Shown piece by piece: positions 1 through 7,152 of a DNA stretch of 32,000 nucleotides. Source of the stretch: Mycolicibacterium smegmatis (GTDB lineage: Bacteria; Actinomycetota; Actinomycetes; Mycobacteriales; Mycobacteriaceae); the NCBI RefSeq assembly GCF_001457595.1, contig NZ_LN831039.1:5550001-5582000 (forward strand), written 5' to 3'. The position numbers and the translations under genes are program-made. The notes under the pieces were generated by a model. It did not search any database. It was not told the origin of the DNA and saw only the letters and a program-made list of their open reading frames with translations. How positions within the stretch are numbered: position 1 is the first letter of the stretch; every line of letters begins with the position of its first letter.

Positions 1-459
1 GAACCACTCGCCGGTGCGCACCTGCACCGGGATCGGCGTGATGAACGCCGCCAGCCGCTGACGGGCGATGCGCACGAGCCGGTCGAACATGCCGGGCAGG
101 TGCAGGATCGTGTCGAACGCGTCCCGGTCCCCCACCCAGCCGATGACCGGTTCGGCCGCCACCACCGTCGCGGTGCGCGGCGCGTCGCGCAGCAGCGCGA
201 TCTCGCCGATGATGAGGCCCGGCTCAATGTCGAGGACGATCGGCGGGCCGTCGGCGACCGCATGGCTCACCTGGACGCGGCCCGACTCGATCAGCATGAA
301 GGTCAACGCGGGGTCGCCCTGCCGGATCAGCACCTGACCGGGCTCGGCCTTGAGGGGACGCAGCTGGGTGGCCAGCGGTTCGAGCGCGGACGGTCGGCAA
401 CCTGTGAAGAACTCAAGGGCCGCCAGATCGGCGGCGCGAACCTCGGTCAGTTCCGCCAC
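1..459 (-). CDS. cyclic-nucleotide-binding domain protein, N-terminal part (CDS continues past the window start). It may be the cAMP-regulated protein lysine acetyltransferase (Rv0998/Pat type), but only the cNMP domain is visible.
   Basis: Absent from the ORF track because it runs off the edge. Translating the minus strand by hand from GTG (459-457) gives [89 protein letters not shown]. The GE-x-AL..R-T-A-T-V phosphate-binding cassette is typical of CAP-family cNMP domains. The frame reaches base 1 exactly, with strong GC3 bias. Confidence 0.8.
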
Positions 460-679
460 ATTCCCAGGCTACGACGTGGCTTCTCCGCCGGTCAGACCTT
501 GGCGATTCCGTCCACGACACGCGCCAGACGGCCTAGGCTGCGCGGGTCGCAACCGGCAGGCAAAGCCACCCAGGTGTCGCCCGAACGGACGACAGCTATC
601 GCGGGAGTTTCGGGACCGCTACTCTGCCGCGAACACAACTGGACGCCGTCGGCCACCGATTTTCCGGGCCCCGGCGGGG

Positions 680-1234
680 TCAGCTCCCGAACATGATTTC
701 GTCGAGCTCGAGAGCCTTCATCTCGAGCCTCTGCCCCAGATAGATGTCGGCCTGCACCAGCCTCTCGGCGTGCCAGCGAATGTCTTCGGCATGCTCACGC
801 GAGGCCGTGAAACGCTTCGCCATCGTCGCGACATCTATTCGCCGGGTGTCACGGACGGACAGGTCCTCACCGACGCGAAATCCGTCGGCCTCAGCCGCGG
901 CGATCGCCTCGAGAACCTGGTTCACCGACCGCCGGATGTCGCGGCTGCCGTCCTCGGCGATGTTGGCGGCCTCGCGCTGGATGTCACCCTGCTGCCGCAC
1001 GAGCGCCGCGTCGGCCGTCACCCGCTCGAGTGCGACCTCGCCGGCATTTCCCGACCACTCGCTTCCGCCGGGAGCGGCGACATTCTGCCGATGCCACTCG
1101 AACAGTTCCTCCGACTGTGCGGCCATCTGACGCCAGCGCATGGCGGCGTCATCGAGATGGCTTGTGTCCCAATTTTCTATCTGGGAACGCGTGGGTATGG
1201 CGCCGGGGCTTCCGGCGGTGTGGGTGGTGCTCAC
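680..1234 (-). CDS. WXG-motif helical protein, putative type VII secretion substrate/effector-like (184 aa)
   Basis: ORF track 680..1234. N-terminal helix-turn-helix region with a W-x-G turn (GGSEWSGNAGEVA), followed by a second helical half. The GTG start overlaps the stop of the upstream EspC-like gene (GTGA at 1231-1234). Confidence 0.7.
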   Translation of the reverse strand: MSTTHTAGSPGAIPTRSQIENWDTSHLDDAAMRWRQMAAQSEELFEWHRQNVAAPGGSEWSGNAGEVALERVTADAALVRQQGDIQREAANIAEDGSRDIRRSVNQVLEAIAAAEADGFRVGEDLSVRDTRRIDVATMAKRFTASREHAEDIRWHAERLVQADIYLGQRLEMKALELDEIMFGS

Positions 1235-1503
1235 ATCAACTCCGCCATACCCCCAGCAGAGTCTTCGTCGGCAGTTTCGAAGAGAAGCGCGCCGGCGAGC
1301 ATGTCGGCCGCCTGAGCGTTGATCCGGGTGGACTGGCGGGCCCGTGCCGCCGTGATGGCAGCGTCCATCGCCGACACACCCGCGTGGGTCGGGCTGTCGG
1401 CGCCCACGCCGACATGGCCGACCGTCAATTCAGCTGCGATCAACTCACTGCTGACCGCACCCGCTCTGAGCCCGCCCGAATCGACTCTCAGATCGCTTGC
1501 CAT
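1231..1503 (-). CDS. EspC/DUF2580-like small helical protein (type VII secretion target family), 90 aa
   Basis: ORF track 1231..1533. I prefer the ATG at 1503 (MASDLRVDSGGLRAGA..) because GGGGGA lies about 7 nt upstream. The opening L-R-V-D-x-x-x-L and the C-terminal F-E-T-A-D-E-D-S-A resemble the EspC-like family as I remember it. About 100 aa, Ala/Gly-rich, helical. Confidence 0.65.
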   Translation of the reverse strand: MASDLRVDSGGLRAGAVSSELIAAELTVGHVGVGADSPTHAGVSAMDAAITAARARQSTRINAQAADMLAGALLFETADEDSAGGMAELM

Positions 1504-1798
1504 TGCAATCCCCCAACTGGCCAATCTGCTCAAGGCAATCTACATCGGGAATCGTCTGTCCTCTACAACGGGGGACGATTGATTTCGTTTCCTTCCGCCC
1601 GAATGTCGGCGAATATCGCACATCGCAGATCGCTTGCCTGAGGCGGCTTTTGAGCGCCCCTCCAATGAATTTACTTACACTTCCGTCAGTTACACGTGTA
1701 CCAGCAGTTCTGGCAAAGAATTCCAACGGTTCTGCGCTAATGATCAACCTTTGTCCCACACGAAATCAGCAAATTGCTGCGATACAAACCGCACATGC

Positions 1799-2006
1799 TC
1801 ATACGCTGTGACTTAGCTCGCATTGTGCCGGTTTCGTGCCACGTCACGACCGATTGGCGGGTCGTTGCCGGACGGGTGGCTACGGATTCCGACGTACGTT
1901 CGTATGACATGCCGCGAACATCTCTCCAGCCGCTTTATTCGTATGACTTTTTCACCGACGCCGAGAGTGCAGATTCATACGCCTCCCGCGGCTTGTTGCG
2001 TATGAA
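1799..2006. repeat. Cluster of five copies of the heptamer CGTATGA/TCATACG, including a 9-bp inverted repeat
   Basis: Read directly. TCATACG at 1799-1805 and 1975-1981. CGTATGA at 1901-1907, 1940-1946 and 1999-2005. The copies at 1901 and 1940 share the 10-mer TTCGTATGAC. TTCATACGC (1974-1982) and GCGTATGAA (1998-2006) form a perfect 9-bp inverted repeat with a 15-nt spacer. Confidence 0.9.
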
Positions 2007-2211
2007 ACTGCACGGTCAGCGGATTTTTTGGGGCGGTAACCCCAACCGGCCCGGGCGCGTCGGATCCACTTGGGTCGCAAGAGCATCGATGACACCAGAT
2101 GTCCCACTTGCCCCAACCGGGAGAACTGCCCCGATCACCATTCAGACACACCGGCCCCTGTGGCAACATGGTGGCCCGCTCGGCGATGCGGCCGGCGGGG
2201 AAGGCGGCACA

Positions 2212-3150
2212 GTGTCGGGTCACCAGCCGGGTCATCCCGTGCGCGGTGTGGCCGCGTCGCTCGGCGCATCGGCATTGTTCGGGCTGATCTTCTACATCTC
2301 CGGTGTCGTCGACGCACCGTCGGAGATGGTGTTCGGCTGTCGGATCCTGGTCACCTTCGGCTGTTACGCCGTGCTCCTGCTGCATCCGACCGCGCGCGCG
2401 GCGCTCGCCGCATACTGGGCCGCGCTGCGAGCCGCGCGCTGGAACCCCGCCCTGCTCGCCGGATTGTCACTGCTCGTGGGCCTTCAGCTGTGGCTGTTCA
2501 TCTGGGGCCCCATGCACGGCCACGCGTTGAGCATCTCGCTGGGGTATCTGCTGCTGCCGATCGTGCTGGTGCTCGCCGGCCGGTTCGTGTTGTCCGCACA
2601 TGTGACGACCGCTCAGTGGGTGGCCGTGGCCATCGCAGGTGTGGCCGTCGCGTCCAAGATCTCCCTGTCCCCGGACGTCTCGTGGACCACGTTCGCGGTG
2701 TGCCTCGGATACCCGCTGTACTTCGTCATCCGCCGACGCGCGGGTCTGGACGGGCCCGCGGCGTTCGGTGTGGAGATGGCGGTCCTGGGACCCGTCGCGA
2801 TCGCCCTCGTCGCGCTCGCCGACACGTCGGGCGTGAGCCCGTCCGGATACGCCGGGGTGGCCGCCGTGGCATTCGCGGGCGCGGCGGGCATGGCCGCGTT
2901 CCTCGCGGCGTCGCGGCTCCTCACGCTGCCGGTTTTCGGGCTGCTCGGGTACAGCGAACCGGTGCTGCTGGTGGGAGTCGCGATACTCCTCGGCGAGCGG
3001 ATCCAGGCTCCCGATCTCGTGGTGTACGCGATGCTCGCCGTCGCGCTGGCGATCCTGGCGACCGACGGATTCCGCACCGCACGCCGGGCCGGCACCACCG
3101 TGCACAGTCGTTCAAGACAACCCGAGGACTGCGTGACTACAACGGGGTGA
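2212..3150 (+). CDS. rarD: EamA/RarD-family (DMT superfamily) membrane transporter
   Basis: C-terminal ~312 aa of track ORF 1774..3150. It has about 10 hydrophobic helices (GVAASLGASALFGLIFYISG.., LLPIVLVLAGRFVL.., GYSEPVLLVGVAILLGERI). GTG at 2212 is preceded by GGGGAAGG. The ATG at 2089 is an alternative start. The track start at 1774 lies in the AT-rich non-coding island. Confidence 0.8.
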   Translation: MSGHQPGHPVRGVAASLGASALFGLIFYISGVVDAPSEMVFGCRILVTFGCYAVLLLHPTARAALAAYWAALRAARWNPALLAGLSLLVGLQLWLFIWGPMHGHALSISLGYLLLPIVLVLAGRFVLSAHVTTAQWVAVAIAGVAVASKISLSPDVSWTTFAVCLGYPLYFVIRRRAGLDGPAAFGVEMAVLGPVAIALVALADTSGVSPSGYAGVAAVAFAGAAGMAAFLAASRLLTLPVFGLLGYSEPVLLVGVAILLGERIQAPDLVVYAMLAVALAILATDGFRTARRAGTTVHSRSRQPEDCVTTTG

Positions 3151-3200
3151 GCGGCCGCCGGGCCGCGGCGATACCGTGTGACTCGGAAGGGCACGATCAC

Positions 3201-4079
3201 GTGACGTCGGTGGGGTTTGTCGGTTTGGGCATCATGGGCCGGCCCATGGCTCTCAACCTGGCGTGGTCGGGAACACCACTCGTGGTGTGGAACCGCACGC
3301 TCGAACGCTGTCTGCCCGTCGAGGCCGCGGGGGCACGCGTGGCCTCACACGTCGGCGAGGTGTTCGACCGCTGCGAGACCGTGATCCTCATGCTGGCCGA
3401 CGAATCCGCCATCGACGACGTCCTGGGTTGCCAGACAAGCGCTTTCGACGGTCTGGTGCGCCGTCACACGATCGTGCAGATGGGCACCGTCGACCCCGGC
3501 TATTCGCGGCGGCTCGCCGACCGGGTTGCCGGCGCCGGTGGGTGCTACGTCGAGGCGCCCGTATCGGGTTCCCGCGGCCCCGCCGAGGCCGGTGAACTGG
3601 TCGCGATGCTCGCCGGCGCACCCGAGGACTGCACGCACGTCCGTGCCATCATCGCACCCATGTGCAGAGCGGTGTTCGATTGCGGCACACCGCCACACGC
3701 ACTGCTCACCAAGTTCGCGGTGAACCTGTTCATGATCGCCATGGTGACCGGACTGGCCGAGGCCTACCATTTCGCCGAGGGCCACGGCGTGGACCCGGCA
3801 CTGCTCGACCGCATCCTGGATGCGAGCCCGATGGCATCGACGGTGTCGCGGGCGAAATCGGCCAAGCTCGCGCGCCGGGATTTCGAGGTGCAGGCCGGTC
3901 TCGCCGACGTCCACAAGAACACCGATCTGATCACCCGAGCCGCACGCTCGCGCGGGATCGCCTCCCCGGTGCTCGACGCGTGCCATGCGCTCTACGGCGA
4001 GGCCGTCGCGCTCGGCCACCTGACCGAGGACATGGCCGCGGTGATCCACGCCGTCCGTGCTCGAACCGCCGCCGCGTGA
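3201..4079 (+). CDS. NAD(P)-dependent oxidoreductase, 3-hydroxyisobutyrate/6-phosphogluconate dehydrogenase-like (HIBADH family)
   Basis: In frame with track ORF 2070..4079. The real start is GTG 3201 (VTSVGFVGLGIMGRPMALNL = GxGxxG Rossmann motif), with GGAAGG 10 nt upstream. It is a paralogue of the glxR-like gene at 17561-18475. Confidence 0.88.
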   Translation: MTSVGFVGLGIMGRPMALNLAWSGTPLVVWNRTLERCLPVEAAGARVASHVGEVFDRCETVILMLADESAIDDVLGCQTSAFDGLVRRHTIVQMGTVDPGYSRRLADRVAGAGGCYVEAPVSGSRGPAEAGELVAMLAGAPEDCTHVRAIIAPMCRAVFDCGTPPHALLTKFAVNLFMIAMVTGLAEAYHFAEGHGVDPALLDRILDASPMASTVSRAKSAKLARRDFEVQAGLADVHKNTDLITRAARSRGIASPVLDACHALYGEAVALGHLTEDMAAVIHAVRARTAAA

Positions 4080-5233
4080 GGACGCGCTCGCCCGCGCCGC
4101 TGGTCGGTCTGTGCGTGGTCGAGTTCCTCAGCTGGGGCATCCTGTACTACACGCTTCCGGTGATCGGGGTCCGTATCACCGCGGCGACCGGGTGGCCACC
4201 GCTGGTCGTCCCGGTCGTCTACACCACGAGCCTGTTGTGTGCGGCGTTCGCGACCCCGTGGGCGGGCCGCATGGTCGATCGCCACGGGCCGCGACCCGTG
4301 ATGACGCTGGGTTCGCTGGTCGGCGCGTGCGCGCTCGTGCTGGCCGGTGTCACGGGATGGCTGCCGTTGTTCGCGGTGGCCTGGCTGGTTGTGGGTGTCG
4401 CGCAGGCAGGCACGCTGTATCCGCCCGCGTTCGCCGCGGCGACGCAGTGGTTCGGGACCGTGCGGGCCTGGCCGCTGACGGCGATCACGCTGGCCGGCGG
4501 GGTCTCGTCGACGGCGTTCGCGCCGCTCACCGCCGCGCTGAACGAAAAGCTGGGCTGGCAGACCACACTCGTGGTGCTGGGGACCGGATACGGCGTGGTG
4601 AGCACCGCGGCGGCTGCCCTGATGCTGACGTCGCGGTGGCGCCGCCCGGTGCGGGAGGGCGCCGAGCATGCCGAGTACGTGAGGCAGATCGTGCGCAGCG
4701 CACCGTTCCGCCGCAGCCGCCTCGCTCTGGCGATGACGGCCCTCGGGCTCTATGCCGTGACGCTCAACGTCATCCCGCTGCTCACCGAGCTCGGATTCGG
4801 TTATCACAGTGCGGCAATCGTGTTCGGGTTGATCGGCGTCGGGCAGGTCTTCGGCCGCGTGCTGTACTTGCCGTTGCGCCGCCTCGGCACCCCGCGGGCC
4901 CGCACCACGGCTCAGGTCGCGGCGAGCACCGCCGGAATGGGGATCCTGGCCGTCGTGACCGCTCCCCTGGCGCTGGCGGCGTCGGCCGCGATGTTCGCCG
5001 GGGCCGCGCGCGGAACCCACACCCTGTCGGTCGCCAACGCGGTCACCGACCGGTGGGGCGCGGAGTCCTACGCCACCATCCTCGGCCGGTTCCACCGCCC
5101 CGTCGCGATCGCGATGGCGCTCGGACCGGCCACGGGATCGGCAATCGCGGCCGCGCTGGGCTCCTACCGAACCGCCGCGGCGCTTTTCGCCGTCCTCGGC
5201 GGGCTTGCCATCCTGACCGCACGACGAAGCTGA
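4076..5233 (+). CDS. MFS-type membrane transporter (386 aa)
   Basis: In frame with track ORF 3662..5233. GTG 4076 overlaps the upstream stop (GTGA 4076-4079). It has about 11-12 hydrophobic helices, and the motif PWAGRMVDRHGPRP resembles the MFS loop 2-3 signature. Confidence 0.82.
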   Translation: MRTRSPAPLVGLCVVEFLSWGILYYTLPVIGVRITAATGWPPLVVPVVYTTSLLCAAFATPWAGRMVDRHGPRPVMTLGSLVGACALVLAGVTGWLPLFAVAWLVVGVAQAGTLYPPAFAAATQWFGTVRAWPLTAITLAGGVSSTAFAPLTAALNEKLGWQTTLVVLGTGYGVVSTAAAALMLTSRWRRPVREGAEHAEYVRQIVRSAPFRRSRLALAMTALGLYAVTLNVIPLLTELGFGYHSAAIVFGLIGVGQVFGRVLYLPLRRLGTPRARTTAQVAASTAGMGILAVVTAPLALAASAAMFAGAARGTHTLSVANAVTDRWGAESYATILGRFHRPVAIAMALGPATGSAIAAALGSYRTAAALFAVLGGLAILTARRS

Positions 5234-5248
5234 ATACGGGAGGAACAC

Positions 5249-5974
5249 ATGACGGTGATCGTGACCGGCGGCAGCCGGGGTATCGGTCGTCAGATCGTCG
5301 AGCGACTGGTCCGCGACGGTCACGACGTGGTGTTCACGCATTCGGATTCCGAGGCCGACGCGGCCGAGGTGGAGCGCACGTGCGGTGCGGGGGCCCGCGG
5401 TGTGCGACTCGACGTCACCGATGCCGACGCACCGGGCCGGTTGTTCGACACGGCGGAAGCCACGGGCACGGTGACGGCCCTGGTGAACAACGCGGGCGTG
5501 ACCGGCCCCCTGGGACCGCTGACCGCGCTGGACGACGACGCACTGCGCCGCACCGTCGAGGTGAATCTCGTTGCGGCGGCGCGGTTGTGCCGGGAGGCCG
5601 CGCAGCGGTGGCAGCCCCGGCCTGCAGAGCGCCGCGACATCGTCAACGTGTCCTCGGTCGCGGCCCGCACCGCCTCGCCCGGAGAGTACGTCGTCTACGC
5701 CGCGACCAAGGCCGCACTCGACACGCTCACGCTGGGCCTCGCAAAAGAGCTGGGCCCTTCGGGTGTCCGCGTGAACTCCGTGCGGGCAGGCACCACCGAC
5801 ACCACCATCCACGCACGTGCGGGTGACCCCGACCGACCCCGACGCGTCGCGCGGCACGTCCCCCTCGGGCGGGTCGCCGAACCCGGTGAGATCGCCGCTG
5901 CCGTCGCGTGGTTGCTGTCGGCCGACGCCGCCTACGTGAGCGGGTCGGTGCTCGACGTCACCGGCGGCTTGTGA
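5249..5974 (+). CDS. short-chain dehydrogenase/reductase (SDR)
   Basis: Track ORF 5249..5974. It contains TGGSRGIG (TGxxxGxG), NNAG and Y-x-x-x-K (YAATK). GGGAGG lies 7 nt upstream of the ATG. Confidence 0.93.
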   Translation: MTVIVTGGSRGIGRQIVERLVRDGHDVVFTHSDSEADAAEVERTCGAGARGVRLDVTDADAPGRLFDTAEATGTVTALVNNAGVTGPLGPLTALDDDALRRTVEVNLVAAARLCREAAQRWQPRPAERRDIVNVSSVAARTASPGEYVVYAATKAALDTLTLGLAKELGPSGVRVNSVRAGTTDTTIHARAGDPDRPRRVARHVPLGRVAEPGEIAAAVAWLLSADAAYVSGSVLDVTGGL

Positions 5975-6771
5975 CGCACCGCGCCGCTCCACGCGGCGGG
6001 TGTCAAACCGTATGCGGCCTTGAACTTGCGGGTGAAGTGCGCCTGGTCGGCGAAGCCCGCGGCGTGCGCGGCCTCGGCGAGCGCCGCTCCCCCGACGATG
6101 AGTGAGCGCGCCAACTGCAACTGGCGCATGGTCCTGAACCGGCTGGGGCTGGTACCGAACGCAGCCCGGAACTGGCGGGCCACCGACCATCGGTCCATGC
6201 CCGCGATACGTTCGACGTCGGCGGCGCGGTAACGGCGAGACGGGTTGTCCATCAGGCTTTCCCGCACCCGCGTGATCGCGGCGCGGTCCAGTCTCTGTGG
6301 GACGACGCGACCGGCACTACTGTGGGCGCTCAGCATGTCGGCGATCACGGTGACGACGTCGGTCGCGGCCAGGTCGTCGTCCTCGTCGTCGGTGCCGTCA
6401 CGTTGCAGGTACCGGGTGAGCGCACGTGGCACCTTCGCACCGTCCACGATCGGATCCACGACGAACGGCAGGTGCCTGCCCGACGATTCGAAGACCAGGG
6501 CCGGGTCGACGTAGACGATGCGGTAGGCGAACCCGTCGTCGGTGCCGGGAACTCCGTCGTGCAGTTCGTCGGGATGCAGCACATGCCACTGCCCGGGAAG
6601 ACACACCCGCTTGGTGCCGCGGTACGAAAAGGTCTGCACACCAGACAGAGTCATGCCGATCGCATAGGTGTCGTGGCGGTGCGGCGTGAACCCCTCGCCG
6701 CGCAGGCGGGCCTGCAACCGCTCGATGCCGGGCGCACCGCCGATCGGCGTGAAGTGCGCACCGGTCCGCAT
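5932..6771 (-). CDS. AraC-family transcriptional regulator with an N-terminal cupin/AraC-binding-like domain
   Basis: Track ORF 5932..6981. The C-terminal HTH_AraC region reads ..IAGMDRWSVARQFRAAFGTSPSRFRTMRQLQLARSLI..AGFADQAHFTRKFKAAYGLTP. I prefer ATG 6771 (MRTGAHFTPIGG..), with GTG 6783 as an alternative. The track start at 6981 abuts the terminator hairpin of tRNA-Ala. The 3' end overlaps the SDR gene convergently by 43 nt. Confidence 0.85.
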   Translation of the reverse strand: MRTGAHFTPIGGAPGIERLQARLRGEGFTPHRHDTYAIGMTLSGVQTFSYRGTKRVCLPGQWHVLHPDELHDGVPGTDDGFAYRIVYVDPALVFESSGRHLPFVVDPIVDGAKVPRALTRYLQRDGTDDEDDDLAATDVVTVIADMLSAHSSAGRVVPQRLDRAAITRVRESLMDNPSRRYRAADVERIAGMDRWSVARQFRAAFGTSPSRFRTMRQLQLARSLIVGGAALAEAAHAAGFADQAHFTRKFKAAYGLTPAAWSGAVRHKPPVTSSTDPLT

Positions 6772-6983
6772 GTTCGATGCCACGAACCGATTACACCCCG
6801 AGTTGCCGCGTGGGACTCGGTCCAGTTCGCGGCATCTGGCCTGGATTTTCGAGCAGTTCCTGTGAATAGTCGGCAGCGTCCCGTCGCCGAGCCCGACCTC
6901 ATGGCTGTGATTTCGGAGCTTCAGCTTGAAATCACGACCGTGGTGTCCGTATCGCGGACGGGACCCGATCAAGAAACACAAAA

Positions 6984-7007
6984 GGCAGGTCAGTCGCCTG
7001 ACCTGCC
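6984..7007 (-). terminator. Intrinsic terminator downstream of tRNA-Ala
   Basis: Perfect 10-bp stem GGCAGGTCAG / CTGACCTGCC with loop TCGC. On the minus strand it is followed by TTTTGTGTTTCTT (AAAA at 6980-6983 on the plus strand). Confidence 0.8.
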
Positions 7008-7013
7008 ATCTTG

Positions 7014-7086
7014 TGGAGCTAAGGGGAATCGAACCCCTGACCTACTCGATGCGAACGAGTCGCGCTACCAACTGCGCCATAGCCCC
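7014..7086 (-). tRNA. tRNA-Ala (anticodon CGC)
   Basis: Minus strand reads GGGGCTATGGCGCAGTTGGTAGCGCGACTCGTTCGCATCGAGTAGGTCAGGGGTTCGATTCCCCTTAGCTCCA. I folded a 73-nt cloverleaf by hand: 7-bp acceptor stem with the G3:U70 Ala identity pair, anticodon loop TTCGCAT, T-loop GGTTCGATTCC. CCA is not encoded. Confidence 0.95.
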
Positions 7087-7112
7087 TTGTGCCGGAACGA
7101 AAGGCTACCAGC

Positions 7113-7143
7113 CGGAGGCCCGAGATATGAAACCGGGCCTCCG
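7113..7143 (-). terminator. GC-rich hairpin between the glpR stop and tRNA-Ala (I-shaped terminator or processing signal)
   Basis: CGGAGGCCCG (7113-7122) pairs with CGGGCCTCCG (7134-7143), leaving an 11-nt loop. No U-tract follows on the minus strand, so termination efficiency is uncertain. Confidence 0.5.
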
Positions 7144-7152
7144 ACATCCGCC

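Noticed and set aside
1445-1759. 104-aa minus-strand ORF (and the plus-strand ORFs 1497..1811, 1634..1816 and 1823..2005) in the AT-rich island.
   Set aside because: There is no RBS, no recognisable domain and no GC3 bias. It overlaps the better-supported esp-like gene start by about 60-90 nt. I treat the island as non-coding, but a decayed pseudogene cannot be excluded without a database search.
2024-2045. T6 run plus the hairpin TTGGGG/CCCCAA, considered as an intrinsic terminator.
   Set aside because: The T-tract precedes the stem on the plus strand, and on the minus strand the stem is followed by A residues. It therefore fits no orientation of a canonical terminator.
1774-2211. N-terminal 146-aa extension of the rarD ORF given by the track.
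   Set aside because: The extension runs through the AT-rich heptamer-repeat region and gives a non-membrane, low-complexity peptide. RarD-family proteins are about 300 aa, and the first TM segment begins right after GTG 2212.
3992-6190. 732-aa minus-strand ORF, the longest in the track. Similar long ORFs occur at 15691..17892(-), 11780..13558(-), 27704..29482(-), 8880..10562(+), 23391..24782(+), 4057..5826(+), 2070..3200(+, the upstream part) and 7170..8174(+).
   Set aside because: They are Arg/Pro/Gly/His-rich low-complexity translations with no domain signatures. They lie antisense or out of frame to genes with clear family motifs and proper GC3 bias. These are typical shadow ORFs of a ~67% GC genome.
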